From: an uncultured Planctomycetia bacterium
Lineage (GTDB): Bacteria > Omnitrophota > Gorgyraeia > 1-14-0-20-64-10
DNA length: 55,750 bases
Assembly (NCBI GenBank): GCA_964373805.1
Contig: CAYJWF010000008.1
Span: forward strand, 1 to 55,750
Direction of reading: 5' to 3'
Shown here: one piece after another, positions 23,040 to 32,778 of the stretch
How the letters are laid out: every line of letters begins with the position of its first letter
Position numbering within the stretch: the stretch's first letter is position 1
The notes under the pieces: generated by a model
What the model was told of the DNA's origin: nothing
Databases searched by the model: none
What the model saw: the letters and a program-made list of their open reading frames with translations, nothing else
Position numbers and translations under genes: made by a program

Positions 23040-24202
23040 CGGGCACCCACGCCTTTCACGAATTTCTCGATCCGATCCATCCCCTCCTTCAGTTGGTCGA
23101 TTCCGGTCGCGAAGCTGACCCGAACGTGGGTATCCCATCCGAAGGCCGCTCCAGGAACCAAGGCCACCCAGGCCTCTTGAAGGAGCCGTTCAGAAAACTG
23201 GGTCGAGGTCAGGCCGGTGGCCGAGATGTCGATAAAGGAGTAAAAGGCTCCCTCCGGTTGGACGGCGGAAAGCTTTGGGATGTTTTTGAGCCTCTCCATG
23301 AGGAGATCACGCCGCTTTCGAAACTCCTCCACCATCTGTCGGAGAAAAAAAGGGTCGGACGTCAAGGCGGCCAAGGCGGCCTTCTGACTGATCGAGGTGG
23401 GGTTGGAGGTGGAATGGTCCTGCAACCGACCCGCCGCCTCCACCACCTCTACCGGGCCGGCAAGGTATCCCATTCGCCAGCCGGTCATGGCGTACGCCTT
23501 GGAAAACCCATCCACCAAGATCGTCCGCTGGAAAACCTCCGGGGAATATCCGGCAATCGATCGATGCTCCACCCCATAGACCAACTGGCTGTAAATCTCA
23601 TCGCTGATCACCCAAAGGTCGGTCTCTTGAAGCCACTGGGCGATCGCCTCGAGAAACCTAGGTTTCATCACGACCCCGGTTGGATTCGAGGGGCTGTTCA
23701 AGATCAAGCAGCGGGAATGGCTCGTCACCGCCTTTTTCAAGGCATCCACCTGTAATTGGAAACCTTGCTCCCCATCGGTGCGAACCTCGACCGGAGTCGC
23801 ACCCGTCAAACGGACCATCTCGGGGTAGCTCACCCAATAAGGCGAGGGAATCAGCACCTCGTCCCCCGATTGGACGAGGACCATGAGGAGATTGAAAATC
23901 GCCTGCTTGGCCCCACAGGTGATATTGATCTGGTTGGGCTCGTAGGTGAGTTTCCGATCCTTTTTCAGGAAATCGGCGACGGCCCGTCTCAACTCAGGGA
24001 TTCCGGTGGTGGGGGTGTATTTCGTGAAGCCGTCGTGGATCGCTTGAATCGCCGCGGCCTTGATCGGTTCTGGGGTATCGAAGTCCGGCTCTCCGGCCGC
24101 GAGGTTCACGACCTTTTTGCCCTGGGCCTGCAGCTCCTTGGCCAAGGCCGTGATGCGCAACGTGGAAGAGCTCTTCACCGCCTGGATCCGCTGTGTCAAC
24201 AT
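23036..24202 (-). CDS. aspC: aspartate aminotransferase (class I)
   Basis: 388 aa with NLAAGEPDFDTPEPIK and SKAYAMTGWRMGY motifs. Confidence 0.88.
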   Translation of the reverse strand: MLTQRIQAVKSSSTLRITALAKELQAQGKKVVNLAAGEPDFDTPEPIKAAAIQAIHDGFTKYTPTTGIPELRRAVADFLKKDRKLTYEPNQINITCGAKQAIFNLLMVLVQSGDEVLIPSPYWVSYPEMVRLTGATPVEVRTDGEQGFQLQVDALKKAVTSHSRCLILNSPSNPTGVVMKPRFLEAIAQWLQETDLWVISDEIYSQLVYGVEHRSIAGYSPEVFQRTILVDGFSKAYAMTGWRMGYLAGPVEVVEAAGRLQDHSTSNPTSISQKAALAALTSDPFFLRQMVEEFRKRRDLLMERLKNIPKLSAVQPEGAFYSFIDISATGLTSTQFSERLLQEAWVALVPGAAFGWDTHVRVSFATGIDQLKEGMDRIEKFVKGVGAR

Positions 24203-24224
24203 CGAGAAAATAGGGAAGGCCTCT

Positions 24225-24866
24225 TTAAAGCCTGGGGCGGTCCTTTTTAAACAACCGGCGCAACCCGTCGAGAAAACCGCGGGGTTTTTCTTCCTTTAAG
24301 CTTTTATCCAGAAGGGTCCCGCGAAGCGGGGCTTCCTTCTTTTCTCGCTTTTTCTCCTCTTTCTTCGGCTGATCCGGCTGCGGCTTTTCCAGCTTCGGTC
24401 TCTCGGAAGGCTTGACCTCCTCGGTTTTGACCGGTGAGACTCCTAGGGTACGCTCCGGCACTTTCCCCTTGGCCTTCCCCTCAACCCGCGGAACCTCCTT
24501 TTTAGCCGGGGCCATCTCAACAAGTTCTAACACCGCCATGAGGGAACCGTCCCCAGCTCGGTATCCGTCGTGCAGGAGTCGGGTGTACCCTCCCGGACGG
24601 CTCGCAAAACGGGGGGCCACCTCGTCGAAAAGCCGAGCCACCAGCCGAGAATCGTCTAAGAGGCGAATCGCCTGCCGACGAGCGGCCAGGGTTCTGGATC
24701 TTCCCAGCGTAATCAACCGTTCGGCGAACCGCTGGGTCTCCTTGGCTTTCGCCAACGTCGTGTGGATCCTCTCGAACTTAAAAAGCGCCTGGGTGAGGCT
24801 TGAGACCGTCGCCTTTCGCCAACTGGAACGACGCCCTAAGTTACGGGTTAAGACCGCGTGCCTCAC
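24225..24866 (-). CDS. rplQ: 50S ribosomal protein L17 with about 90-aa Lys/Glu/Pro-rich C-terminal extension
   Basis: The first roughly 120 aa are diagnostic bL17 (MRHAVLTRNLGRRSSWRKA...GGYTRLL). The remainder is low-complexity (PKLEKPQPDQPKKEEKKREKKEAP). Confidence 0.93.
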   Translation of the reverse strand: MRHAVLTRNLGRRSSWRKATVSSLTQALFKFERIHTTLAKAKETQRFAERLITLGRSRTLAARRQAIRLLDDSRLVARLFDEVAPRFASRPGGYTRLLHDGYRAGDGSLMAVLELVEMAPAKKEVPRVEGKAKGKVPERTLGVSPVKTEEVKPSERPKLEKPQPDQPKKEEKKREKKEAPLRGTLLDKSLKEEKPRGFLDGLRRLFKKDRPRL

Positions 24867-24888
24867 AAGAAAGATCCTTCTCGTATCC

Positions 24889-25881
24889 CTACCCGGCGAC
24901 CTGTTCGACCGTCCGACGGTCCAATTTCATGCCGAGGTTCAACCCCATGCTCTTTAAAATCTCCTGGATCTCGGCGAGAGACTTTTTGCCAAAGTTCCTA
25001 AATTTCAACATCTCCGGTTCGGTCCTCTGAACCAAGTCGGCCATGCTCTTGATCTTCGCCTCTCGTAAACAGTTCGCCGATCGAACCGAGAGCTCCAATT
25101 CCGAGACCGGCATACGCAACTTCTCGACGACCTCCGGGGCCAAGGCCTCTTCCTCTTCGGCCCCTTCCTGCGCCGGCAGCTGCCCGAAGGCGGTGAAGAT
25201 CTCCAAGTGTTTCTGCAGCACGTGGCCGGCCGTCAGCAGCGCCTCTTTGGGATTCACCGATCCGTTGGTCCAGATCTCTAGGATCAGGCGATCGTAGTCG
25301 GTCATCTGCCCCACCCGGGTGTTCTCAACTTGAAAGTTTACCTTTCGAACCGGTGAAAAGATCGAATCGATGGGGATCACTCCAATCGGCAGCGACTCTT
25401 TCCGGTTCCGGTCGGCGGGAACGTAGCCCCGCCCGATTCCCATCTCTAACTCCATGTGAAATTTGGACGGTTTCGTCAAGGTCGCGATGTGGAGATCCGG
25501 ATTTAAGATCTCCACCGTCTCATCGGTCGCCATCTGTCGAGCCGTCACGGGGCCCTTCTTCCCGGCGTCCAGCACCAAGGTTTTGGGCTGGCGGGAATGG
25601 GACCTCAGGATCAAGCCTTTGACGTTCATCACGATCTCGGAGATGTCCTCCACCACTCCCGGGATGGTGGAAAACTCATGAAGAACCCCATCCAACTTGA
25701 CCGAGGTGATGGCCGCTCCCTCTAAAGAGGACAAGAGGACCCGCCGCAAGGAATTGCCGATGGTGGTCCCGTACCCCCTTTCGAAAGGTTCGGCCGTAAA
25801 CTTGCCATACGTGAAGTTGTAGGACGTCTCTTCACACTCGACCTTAGACGGCATCTCAAAATCTTTCCACGCGATTCCCAT
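24889..25881 (-). CDS. rpoA: DNA-directed RNA polymerase subunit alpha
   Basis: 330 aa with a diagnostic RpoA sequence (FERGYGTTIGNSLRRVLLSS...) and a C-terminal domain (ELSVRSANCL). Confidence 0.97.
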   Translation of the reverse strand: MGIAWKDFEMPSKVECEETSYNFTYGKFTAEPFERGYGTTIGNSLRRVLLSSLEGAAITSVKLDGVLHEFSTIPGVVEDISEIVMNVKGLILRSHSRQPKTLVLDAGKKGPVTARQMATDETVEILNPDLHIATLTKPSKFHMELEMGIGRGYVPADRNRKESLPIGVIPIDSIFSPVRKVNFQVENTRVGQMTDYDRLILEIWTNGSVNPKEALLTAGHVLQKHLEIFTAFGQLPAQEGAEEEEALAPEVVEKLRMPVSELELSVRSANCLREAKIKSMADLVQRTEPEMLKFRNFGKKSLAEIQEILKSMGLNLGMKLDRRTVEQVAG

Positions 25882-25894
25882 GAAGATCCTCCCT

Positions 25895-25981
25895 ATGAGA
25901 TCCCTCCCCCCGTTTCAAGCGGGGGTCGGGATGAAATTCGACCTCCGGACTTGACTCCAAGAGTCAAGTCCGGGTCTCATT
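25895..25981 (-). repeat. F1 stop-abutting hairpin element (rpsD-rpoA spacer)
   Basis: The RNA sense starts at the rpsD stop: TGAAATGAGACCCGGACTTGACTCTTGGAGTCAAGTCCGGAGGTCGAATTTCATCCCGACCCCCGCTTGAAACGGGGGGAGGGATC. Confidence 0.8.
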
Positions 25982-26608
25982 TCACTTCGAATACAACTCG
26001 ACGATCAACTGCTCGGAAACAGGAAACTGAACATCGGCTCGGGAAGGGGCCCCCACCACCGTCGCGTAAGGTTCCTCCGGATGTCGGTCGAGCCATGGGG
26101 GCAGAGCCCGCTCTTGGGTGAGCTGCCGCGTTTCCTTGATGGATTTCAAGAAAGCCTCTTTCCCCACGAGACGAACCACCTCACCCGGCTTTACCGAGAA
26201 GGAGGGAATCGTCACTCTTTTCTCACCGATCCGCGCATGCCCATGGCGAACCATCTGTCGGGCCTGAGCCCGAGAGGTTGCGAATCCCAATCGGAACACC
26301 ACGTTGTCCAGACGCCTCTCCAACAACTCCAACAGTTTCTCTCCTGTGATCCCCTTGGCCCGGGAAGCCCTTAAGAAGGTTTGACGGAATTGCCGCTCCA
26401 GGAGCCCGTACATCCGTTTGACCTTCTGCTTCTCCTTCAACTGCAGGCCGTAGTCGGACAGCTTCGCCCGAGTCTGCCGGTGCTGCCCAGGGGCGTACCC
26501 CCGTTTATGAAAAGGGCACTTCTCGGTCATGCACTTGGTGCCTTTCAAAAACAGCTTCATCCCCTGGCGACGACAGAGGCGGCAAGCCGGTCCTGTGTAG
26601 CGGGCCAT
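25982..26608 (-). CDS. rpsD: 30S ribosomal protein S4
   Basis: 208 aa, diagnostic uS4 (MARYTGPACRLCRRQGMKLFLKG). Confidence 0.97.
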   Translation of the reverse strand: MARYTGPACRLCRRQGMKLFLKGTKCMTEKCPFHKRGYAPGQHRQTRAKLSDYGLQLKEKQKVKRMYGLLERQFRQTFLRASRAKGITGEKLLELLERRLDNVVFRLGFATSRAQARQMVRHGHARIGEKRVTIPSFSVKPGEVVRLVGKEAFLKSIKETRQLTQERALPPWLDRHPEEPYATVVGAPSRADVQFPVSEQLIVELYSK

Positions 26609-26614
26609 CGTCTC

Positions 26615-26998
26615 TTAAACCCTTCGCCGTTTCGGGGGACGACACCCGTTATGGGGCACGGGGGTGACGTCCCGAATCAACGTAATGGTCAGCCCCGTCG
26701 CCTGAAGGGACCGGATGGCCGACTCACGGCCTGAGCCGGGTCCGTTGACGTGGACCTCCACCTCTTTGACCCCCAGATTGAGCGCCTTCTTCGCAGCGTC
26801 CTCGGCGGTCACCTGCGCGGCGAAGGGGGTCGCCTTCTTCGAACCGCTGAAACCGACCACCCCCGTGGAAGACCAGCAGAGGACATTTCCCTGCTTATCG
26901 GTAATGGTCACAATGGTATTGTTAAACGTCGCCTGGATGTGGGCGATCCCGCTGGTCACATGAACCTTTAGTTTCTTCCGTGCCTTGCCTTCTGCCAT
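26615..26998 (-). CDS. rpsK: 30S ribosomal protein S11
   Basis: 127 aa, diagnostic uS11 ([18 protein letters not shown]...[12 protein letters not shown]). Confidence 0.97.
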   Translation of the reverse strand: MAEGKARKKLKVHVTSGIAHIQATFNNTIVTITDKQGNVLCWSSTGVVGFSGSKKATPFAAQVTAEDAAKKALNLGVKEVEVHVNGPGSGRESAIRSLQATGLTITLIRDVTPVPHNGCRPPKRRRV

Positions 26999-27007
26999 GA
27001 CCTCCTC

Positions 27008-27415
27008 TTATTTAGCCTTAGGGGCCGCGGGGACAGCTGCCCCGGTCTTCTTGGGACGAATCCCCAAGAGCCGCCTCGGTCCCTTACGGGTCCGGGCGTT
27101 GGTGTGGGTCCTTTGCCCCCGAACGGGAAGACCTCTTCGATGCCGCAAGCCCCGGTAGGAACCGATGTCGATCAGACGCTTAATGTTCTGGGACACCTCT
27201 CTTTTTAAATCCCCTTCCACCTTAAACCCCTGGCCGATCGCCAAGTTGATCCGGGTCAATTGATTCTCGGCCAAATCCTTGGCCCGGGTTTCCGGCGGAA
27301 TTTCGGCCTTGGCCAAAATTTGAGCCGCCGTCGTTCGTCCAATTCCATAAAGGGTGGTGAGCGCGATATCGATCCGCTTCTCCTTAGGCAAATCCACTCC
27401 CGTAATCCTTGGCAT
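27008..27415 (-). CDS. rpsM: 30S ribosomal protein S13
   Basis: 135 aa, diagnostic uS13 ([26 protein letters not shown]) with a short basic C-terminal tail. Confidence 0.97.
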   Translation of the reverse strand: MPRITGVDLPKEKRIDIALTTLYGIGRTTAAQILAKAEIPPETRAKDLAENQLTRINLAIGQGFKVEGDLKREVSQNIKRLIDIGSYRGLRHRRGLPVRGQRTHTNARTRKGPRRLLGIRPKKTGAAVPAAPKAK

Positions 27416-27430
27416 GGAAACCTGTAACCT

Positions 27431-27539
27431 CCTCTACGTTTCTGGCTGCGCCGGGGCGCGTGGTGGCGCTTCCGACAGCGCCAGCCGCTGCGCCAGCGGC
27501 CAGTGCAGAAAAGTCCCGAGCGCTAGCGAGGGGCTCCTT
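27431..27539 (+). repeat. F2 repeat (long form), rpmJ-rpsM spacer
   Basis: CCTCTACGTTTCTGGCTGCGCC[GGGGCGCGTGGTGGCGCTTCCGACAGCGCCAGCCGCTGCGCC]AGCGGCCAGTGCAGAAAAGTCCCGAGCGCTAGCGAGGGGCTCCTTC. It ends exactly at the rpmJ stop codon. The first 57 nt are nearly identical to the reverse complement of 1-57. Confidence 0.85.
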
Positions 27540-27653
27540 CTAACCCTGCCTCTGTTTATGCCGAGGGTTCGTACAGATCACTCGGATCACCCGATTGCGC
27601 TTGACGATCCGGCACCGCTCGCAGATCCTTCGAACCGACGCCTTGACCTTCAT
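27540..27653 (-). CDS. rpmJ: 50S ribosomal protein L36
   Basis: Below the ORF-track size cut-off. Hand translation gives [37 protein letters not shown]. The ATG at 27653 is preceded by AAGGAG and the stop is TAG at 27542-27540. The position between infA and rpsM is canonical. Confidence 0.93.
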   Translation of the reverse strand: MKVKASVRRICERCRIVKRNRVIRVICTNPRHKQRQG

Positions 27654-27664
27654 TCCAAAACTCC

Positions 27665-27886
27665 TTAAGTCCGAATCCGAAACGTGATTCTTCCCCGCGT
27701 CAAGTCGTAGGGAGACAGCTCCACGGTGACCTTATCCCCCGGTAAAATCCGAATGAAGTGCATCCGCATCTTGCCGGCCACATGGGCCAATACCCGATGG
27801 CCGTTCTCCAGTTCTACCCGGAACATCGCGTTGGGAAGGGCCTCCACGACCTTTCCCTCTACTTGGATGTTTTCTTCTTTGGGCAT
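27665..27886 (-). CDS. infA: translation initiation factor IF-1
   Basis: 73 aa ([33 protein letters not shown]). Confidence 0.97.
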   Translation of the reverse strand: MPKEENIQVEGKVVEALPNAMFRVELENGHRVLAHVAGKMRMHFIRILPGDKVTVELSPYDLTRGRITFRIRT

Positions 27887-28626
27887 TGCGTCAAAATCTC
27901 CGGTTCCGATTCGGTGATGGCAACCGTATGCTCAAAGTGGGCCGAGAGCTTGCCGTCCTTCGCCACCGCTGTCCATCCGTCGGGAAGGATCTTGACCGCC
28001 GGTTCCCCTTGATTCACCATCGGCTCAATGGCCAACACCATGCCGGGTTTTAAAACGGGTCCGAAACCCGGCTTGCCGAAATTGGGAATCTGGGGCGGCT
28101 CGTGAAGTTGGGTCCCGATCCCATGACCCACAAACTCCCGGACCACCGAGAACCCGTGGGATTCCACAGCCCTCTGGATGGCGTGGGAAATGTCCGAAAG
28201 CCTCCGAGGGGACCGAGCCATCGCAATCCCTTCGGCCAAGGCCTGCTCCGTCACTGCGATCAGTTCCGCCGCCTCGGGCGAAATCCCATCGACGGCAACG
28301 GTCAGCGCCGCATCCGAGAAGTAGCCGTCCACCTCCACCCCGACGTCCAATCCCACGATGTCTCCGGAATTCAACCGGCGATGGGAAGGAATCCCATGAA
28401 CCACCTCGTCGTTCACCGAGGTGCAGATGTTCGCCGGAAACCCCCGATACCCCTTGAAGGCCGGCTTACCACCGAGGCGGCGCATGGCGCTCAAGGCGAG
28501 TTCATCCAATTCCAAGGTCGAAACCCCGGGACGAATCGATCCTCGAAGCACCTGAAGCACCTCGGCCACCATCCTTCCTGCTTGACGCATCCTCTCCAAC
28601 TGACTGGGGCTTTTGATCTCAATCAT
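27859..28626 (-). CDS. map: type I methionine aminopeptidase
   Basis: 255 aa with metal-ligand motifs ([30 protein letters not shown]). The 3' end overlaps infA by 28 nt. Confidence 0.95.
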   Translation of the reverse strand: MIEIKSPSQLERMRQAGRMVAEVLQVLRGSIRPGVSTLELDELALSAMRRLGGKPAFKGYRGFPANICTSVNDEVVHGIPSHRRLNSGDIVGLDVGVEVDGYFSDAALTVAVDGISPEAAELIAVTEQALAEGIAMARSPRRLSDISHAIQRAVESHGFSVVREFVGHGIGTQLHEPPQIPNFGKPGFGPVLKPGMVLAIEPMVNQGEPAVKILPDGWTAVAKDGKLSAHFEHTVAITESEPEILTQCPKKKTSK

Positions 28627-28636
28627 GAAACCGTTT

Positions 28637-29296
28637 TCAAGCCAACCGCTCTTCTTGAAGGAGTCGAACGAGCGACTGGTACTGCTCTTCGATGGCCGGC
28701 TCTCCCGAAAGGAGCCGGAGCTTTCCTTGAGACCGGTAAAACTCCAACAAGCCAGACGTCTCCTCCCGATAGCTCTTCAGGCGTTTACGAATCGTCTGAA
28801 GCTCATCGTCCGCCCGAGCGCTTAGGGAGGCCCCGCATCGATCGCAGAGATCGCTCTCGCGCGGCGGGAGAGTCACCACATGGTAATTCGCCCCACATCG
28901 GGAGCAAACCTTGCGCCCCACGAGACGCTTAACCACCGTCTCTTCGGAAATCTCGAAATCGATGGCCAAGTCGATCGGCCGGTGTCCCTCCTCGGTGAGC
29001 ATCTCATCCAACCGAACCGCCTGCTCTACCGTCCGTGGAAACCCGTCCAACACGACCGGACGATCCGATCCCAGTCCTTGAAGGCGCTCCAAGATGAACC
29101 TTACCACCAACCGATCGGGAACCAGCGTTCCTCGCTCCATGAAGCGACGGGCCTGGCGCCCCACCGCGTTCTGCTGTCGAACCGCTTCCCGAAGAAGATC
29201 TCCACTGGAAAGGTGAACCATCTGAAGTCGTTCGGCCGCGAACGTCGCCATGGTCCCTTTCCCAGCACCGGGGGGACCTAAGAAAACCAATCGCAC
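28637..29296 (-). CDS. adk: adenylate kinase (zinc-lid type)
   Basis: 219 aa with GTG start. It has the P-loop LGPPGAGKGT and a CxxC...CxxC lid (CSRCGANYH...CDRCG). Confidence 0.96.
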   Translation of the reverse strand: MRLVFLGPPGAGKGTMATFAAERLQMVHLSSGDLLREAVRQQNAVGRQARRFMERGTLVPDRLVVRFILERLQGLGSDRPVVLDGFPRTVEQAVRLDEMLTEEGHRPIDLAIDFEISEETVVKRLVGRKVCSRCGANYHVVTLPPRESDLCDRCGASLSARADDELQTIRKRLKSYREETSGLLEFYRSQGKLRLLSGEPAIEEQYQSLVRLLQEERLA

Positions 29297-29479
29297 CCCG
29301 CCCCTCCTTCAGCAGCGCCGTCCGGTGACTCAGCGGGCCGTTGGAACAGGTCCGGACGGCGCCTGCGCCGAACCGTTGGATGGTTCGAGGAGTTCGGCGC
29401 AGAGCCAAAGCTGGGGAAGGCGCTTTGGCTCTGAAGAAGGGGCGGGGTCGCATCGCTGAACCTACCCCGCACCTTCTTC
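29297..29479 (-). promoter_or_regulatory. structured secY-adk spacer: four consecutive hairpins with alternative pairing that can sequester the adk SD and start codon
   Basis: Perfect or near-perfect stems: 29315-29325/29352-29362 (11 bp), 29365-29373/29392-29400 (9 bp), 29400-29411/29422-29433 (12 bp) and 29433-29447/29465-29479 (14 bp plus 1 mismatch). The segment 29433-29447 is also complementary to 29296-29310, which in RNA is GAAGGAGGGGCGGGG carrying the adk SD and the first G of GUG. Confidence 0.55.
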
Positions 29480-29543
29480 TGTGTCCACACGATTTCCCCT
29501 ATGTATTGATCCATCGCCGTAGCCCAAGTCGAAGGCACGGGGC

Positions 29544-30893
29544 CTACCGGCGGGCCCGAAGCCGCCCATGGCTTAGAAAGCCTTCGTAGTTGCGCATCAG
29601 GAGAAACGACTCCACCTGGCGCAGGGTGTCCAACAGAACCCCGACGATGATGAGCAAACTGGTTCCCCCAAAAAAGCTCGCCACCAGATACGGAATCTTA
29701 AGCCATCGTCCCACCAAATCAGGCAGCACCGCCACCACCGCGAGAAAAATCGCCCCCGGCAACGTAATCCGCGTCAGCAGCCGGTCAAAGAACTCCGCGG
29801 TGGGCCGTCCGGGACGAATCCCCGGGATAAAGCCTCCGAATTTCTTCATGTTGTCGGCCACGTCCACCGGGTTAAAGGCAATCGCCGTGTAAAAGTAAGC
29901 GAAGAAGACGATCAGCCCCGAGTAAAGAAAGGTGTACAACAGCTGCCCACGGGTTAACCATTCGGAAGCGTGGGTTAACGCCGAGATCCCGGTAAAGCCG
30001 GCGACCGTGGCCGGAAACAGGATGATCGACTGGGCAAAGATGATCGGGATCACCCCGGCGTGGTTGACCCGAATCGGAATGTAGCTGGCCTGCCCTCCAT
30101 ACACCTTTCGACCCACGATTCGCCGGGCATACTGCACCGGGATTCGCCGCTGCCCTTGGGTAATGGCGATCACCGCCAAGACCACCGCCACGAGCATCAC
30201 GACCATCAAGAGAATCGTCACCGGCTGGATCTGCCGCTGGGCAGGAGAACCGGGGCTGCTTAAGCGAACCAGCTGGTGGATCGCTGTCGGAAGTCGGGAG
30301 AGGATGCCGGCGGTGATCAAGATCGACATGCCGTTACCTACCCCATAGGCGGTGATCTGCTCTCCCAACCACATGATGAAGGCGGTTCCACTGGCCAAGG
30401 TGATGACGGTAAGACACCTAAACCCCCATCCTGGAAACTGGACCATCGCCACCCCCTGAAAATTCCGGGGATTCTCGAGCCAGAGACTGATGAAGATCGC
30501 CTGCAGGATCCCTAAGCCGATCGTCAGATACCGGGAATACTGGTTAATCCTGCGCCGCCCGGCCTCTCCCCCTTCCTTCGCCATCTGCTCCAAACTGGGG
30601 ATCACCACCACCAACAGCTGCATGATGATCGAGGCGGAAATGGCCGGCATGATCCCTAAGGCAAAGATCGTCATCTGGGAAAGACCCCCACCGCTGAAGA
30701 GATCCATCACCGTGAACAAGGTCCCTCCCAACTGCTGGCTCATCTGCTCAAAGAACAGGCGCAGGGAAAGTCCGTCGATGCCTGGCAAAGGGATGTAATC
30801 CCCTAACCGATAGACCGCCATGAGCCCTAAGGTGAGTAAAATCCGGCGCCGCAGTTCCGGGATCTTGAAGCTGTTCGCCAGCGCCGCTAGCAC
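29544..30893 (-). CDS. secY: preprotein translocase subunit SecY
   Basis: 449 aa, 10 TM, diagnostic SecY with GTG start. Confidence 0.97.
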   Translation of the reverse strand: MLAALANSFKIPELRRRILLTLGLMAVYRLGDYIPLPGIDGLSLRLFFEQMSQQLGGTLFTVMDLFSGGGLSQMTIFALGIMPAISASIIMQLLVVVIPSLEQMAKEGGEAGRRRINQYSRYLTIGLGILQAIFISLWLENPRNFQGVAMVQFPGWGFRCLTVITLASGTAFIMWLGEQITAYGVGNGMSILITAGILSRLPTAIHQLVRLSSPGSPAQRQIQPVTILLMVVMLVAVVLAVIAITQGQRRIPVQYARRIVGRKVYGGQASYIPIRVNHAGVIPIIFAQSIILFPATVAGFTGISALTHASEWLTRGQLLYTFLYSGLIVFFAYFYTAIAFNPVDVADNMKKFGGFIPGIRPGRPTAEFFDRLLTRITLPGAIFLAVVAVLPDLVGRWLKIPYLVASFFGGTSLLIIVGVLLDTLRQVESFLLMRNYEGFLSHGRLRARR

Positions 30894-31333
30894 GAAACCG
30901 TCTCCACCGTTCCGCCGGCTTTTGCAATCTTTTCTATGGCCGACTTCGAAAACCGATGGGCCTTCACCTTCAAGGGATGCGCCAAATCTCCGTCTCCCAG
31001 AATCTTGACCAAAACACCCCGGGGTCGGATGAGCCCGGCCTCGGCCAACTGCTTCGGGTCGACCTCAGATCCCGCCGGGAACCGATTTAAGCTACCGATG
31101 GGAACGATCTCGACCGGTATGGAGCGTTCGTGGTGAAACCCTCGATTGGGGATTCGACGGATCAAGGGCATCTGCCCTCCCTCGAACCCCGGCCGAAGTC
31201 CCGATCCCGAACGGGAGCTCTGCCCTTTGTGCCCTCGACCGGAGGTCTTCCCATGACCAGAGGATTCGCCAAACCCTCTTCGTTTCTTCCGATGGGTGGC
31301 TCCCGGCGGAACCGGCAATTCACCGAGCCTCAT
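30887..31333 (-). CDS. rplO: 50S ribosomal protein L15
   Basis: Starts at Met13 of the track ORF ([38 protein letters not shown]), which matches the canonical uL15 N-terminus. Confidence 0.95.
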   Translation of the reverse strand: MRLGELPVPPGATHRKKRRGFGESSGHGKTSGRGHKGQSSRSGSGLRPGFEGGQMPLIRRIPNRGFHHERSIPVEIVPIGSLNRFPAGSEVDPKQLAEAGLIRPRGVLVKILGDGDLAHPLKVKAHRFSKSAIEKIAKAGGTVETVSC

Positions 31334-31868
31334 CCAACCCACCTCCTGCCTCCTCCCGACGAAGGGCAATGACCTCCTCGGGCCTTTGAAGCGACTTTAA
31401 CCCCTCCACCGTCGCTCGAACCACGTTGATCACGTTGTCGGAACCCAAGGACTTCGTCAAGATGTCCTTGATCCCGGTCGCCTCGCAGACCGCCCGGACC
31501 GTCCCTCCGGCAATCACACCGGTCCCCGAAGCCGCCGGCTTTAAAAGAATCCGGGAAGCCCCGTATTCCCCAATGGTCTCGTGAGGAATCGTGCCGCTTT
31601 TCAAAGGGACACGGAACATCGCCTTGCGCGCTTGGGTCAATCCCTTACGAATGGCATCGGCCACTTCGTTGGCCTTACCCAATGCCCACCCGACTTGGGC
31701 TTGACCATCTCCCACGATCACCAGGGCGCTGAAGGAAAGGCGTTTGCCTCCCTTGGTCACCTTGGCGACCCGGTTGATGGCCACGACCTTCTCAACGAAG
31801 CTGCCAGCCGAGCCGGTGCCGGGAGCCGAGGAACGGACGCCTCGAGCGAAACCCCTGCCCCTGGCCAT
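31320..31868 (-). CDS. rpsE: 30S ribosomal protein S5
   Basis: Starts at Met43 of the track ORF ([10 protein letters not shown]...). The ATG overlaps the rplR stop (TAATG). Diagnostic uS5 sequence. Its 3' end overlaps the rplO start, so there is no room for rpmD. Confidence 0.96.
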   Translation of the reverse strand: MARGRGFARGVRSSAPGTGSAGSFVEKVVAINRVAKVTKGGKRLSFSALVIVGDGQAQVGWALGKANEVADAIRKGLTQARKAMFRVPLKSGTIPHETIGEYGASRILLKPAASGTGVIAGGTVRAVCEATGIKDILTKSLGSDNVINVVRATVEGLKSLQRPEEVIALRREEAGGGLDEAR

Positions 31869-32239
31869 TAGAACCGGAGTCCCTTGGCGCGGGCCGCTTC
31901 CGCTAAGGCCTTCACCCGCCCAAAATAGCGATAGCCGCCTCGATCCAACACCACCTGACGGATCCCTGCTTTCTGTGCGATCTCGGCCACCCACTCGCCC
32001 AATCGATGGGCTCCCTTTACGTTTCCGCCGATGGTTCCGGAGTTACGAAATTCCTTTTGAAGCGTTGAACCGGCCGCCAGTGTCTTGCCGGCGGCATCGT
32101 CAATAAACTGAGCATAGAGGTTAAGATGACTTCGATGCACCGAGAGCCGCGGCCGCTCCGGCGTTCCATGGACCTTCTTCCGGACCCGACGATGTCGGCG
32201 GTGAAGCCCCCTCTCCCGCTTGTGCATAATCTTCTGCAT
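31868..32239 (-). CDS. rplR: 50S ribosomal protein L18
   Basis: 123 aa, diagnostic uL18. Confidence 0.97.
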   Translation of the reverse strand: MQKIMHKRERGLHRRHRRVRKKVHGTPERPRLSVHRSHLNLYAQFIDDAAGKTLAAGSTLQKEFRNSGTIGGNVKGAHRLGEWVAEIAQKAGIRQVVLDRGGYRYFGRVKALAEAARAKGLRF

Positions 32240-32775
32240 CAGGCCACCGCCTTGCCCGCCTTACGGCGAACCACCTCTCCCGCGTAGCGGATCCCCTTGC
32301 CCTTATACGGCTCCGGTTTGGCGAAGCCCCGCAGCCGGGCCGCGACTTGGCCGACGAGGGCCTTATCGAGCCCTTTGACGATGACCTGGGTCGGCTTGGG
32401 AGTCTCCACGGTCACCCCGGGTGGAATCGGGTAAACCACCGGGTGGGTCAACCCCACAAACAGCTCCAGCTTGTTCGAAGACAGTTGGGCCCGGTAGCCG
32501 ACCCCCACAATCTCCAGCTCCTTGACAAACCCCTGCGTGACTCCGATCACCATGTTGTCGATCAACGTCCTCGTCAAGCCGTGAAGGCTCTTCCATCCTT
32601 TATCTTCACCCGTTCGTTTCACGAGCAGCTGGCCATTTTGACGATCCAAGGAGATTCCAGGAGGTAGCCGATGGGTGAGCTTCCCCTTAGGACCTTCTAC
32701 CACGACGAGATCCGCTTGAACCTCCACCTTCACCTGGTTAGGAACGACAATGGGACGTAGCCCTACGCGCGACAC
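32239..32775 (-). CDS. rplF: 50S ribosomal protein L6
   Basis: 178 aa, diagnostic uL6 ([19 protein letters not shown]). Confidence 0.97.
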   Translation of the reverse strand: MSRVGLRPIVVPNQVKVEVQADLVVVEGPKGKLTHRLPPGISLDRQNGQLLVKRTGEDKGWKSLHGLTRTLIDNMVIGVTQGFVKELEIVGVGYRAQLSSNKLELFVGLTHPVVYPIPPGVTVETPKPTQVIVKGLDKALVGQVAARLRGFAKPEPYKGKGIRYAGEVVRRKAGKAVA

Positions 32776-32778
32776 GGC

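Noticed and set aside
29278-29538. 86-aa minus-strand ORF in the secY-adk spacer
   Set aside because: It is made up almost entirely of the arms of four perfect hairpins and overlaps the adk start. No family resemblance. I interpret it as structured RNA or repeat, not coding sequence.
31320-31333. Missing rpmD (L30) as an annotation gap
   Set aside because: rpsE and rplO overlap by 14 nt, so there is physically no room for it. L30 is known to be absent from this position in some lineages, so this is treated as a real absence from the operon, not an error.
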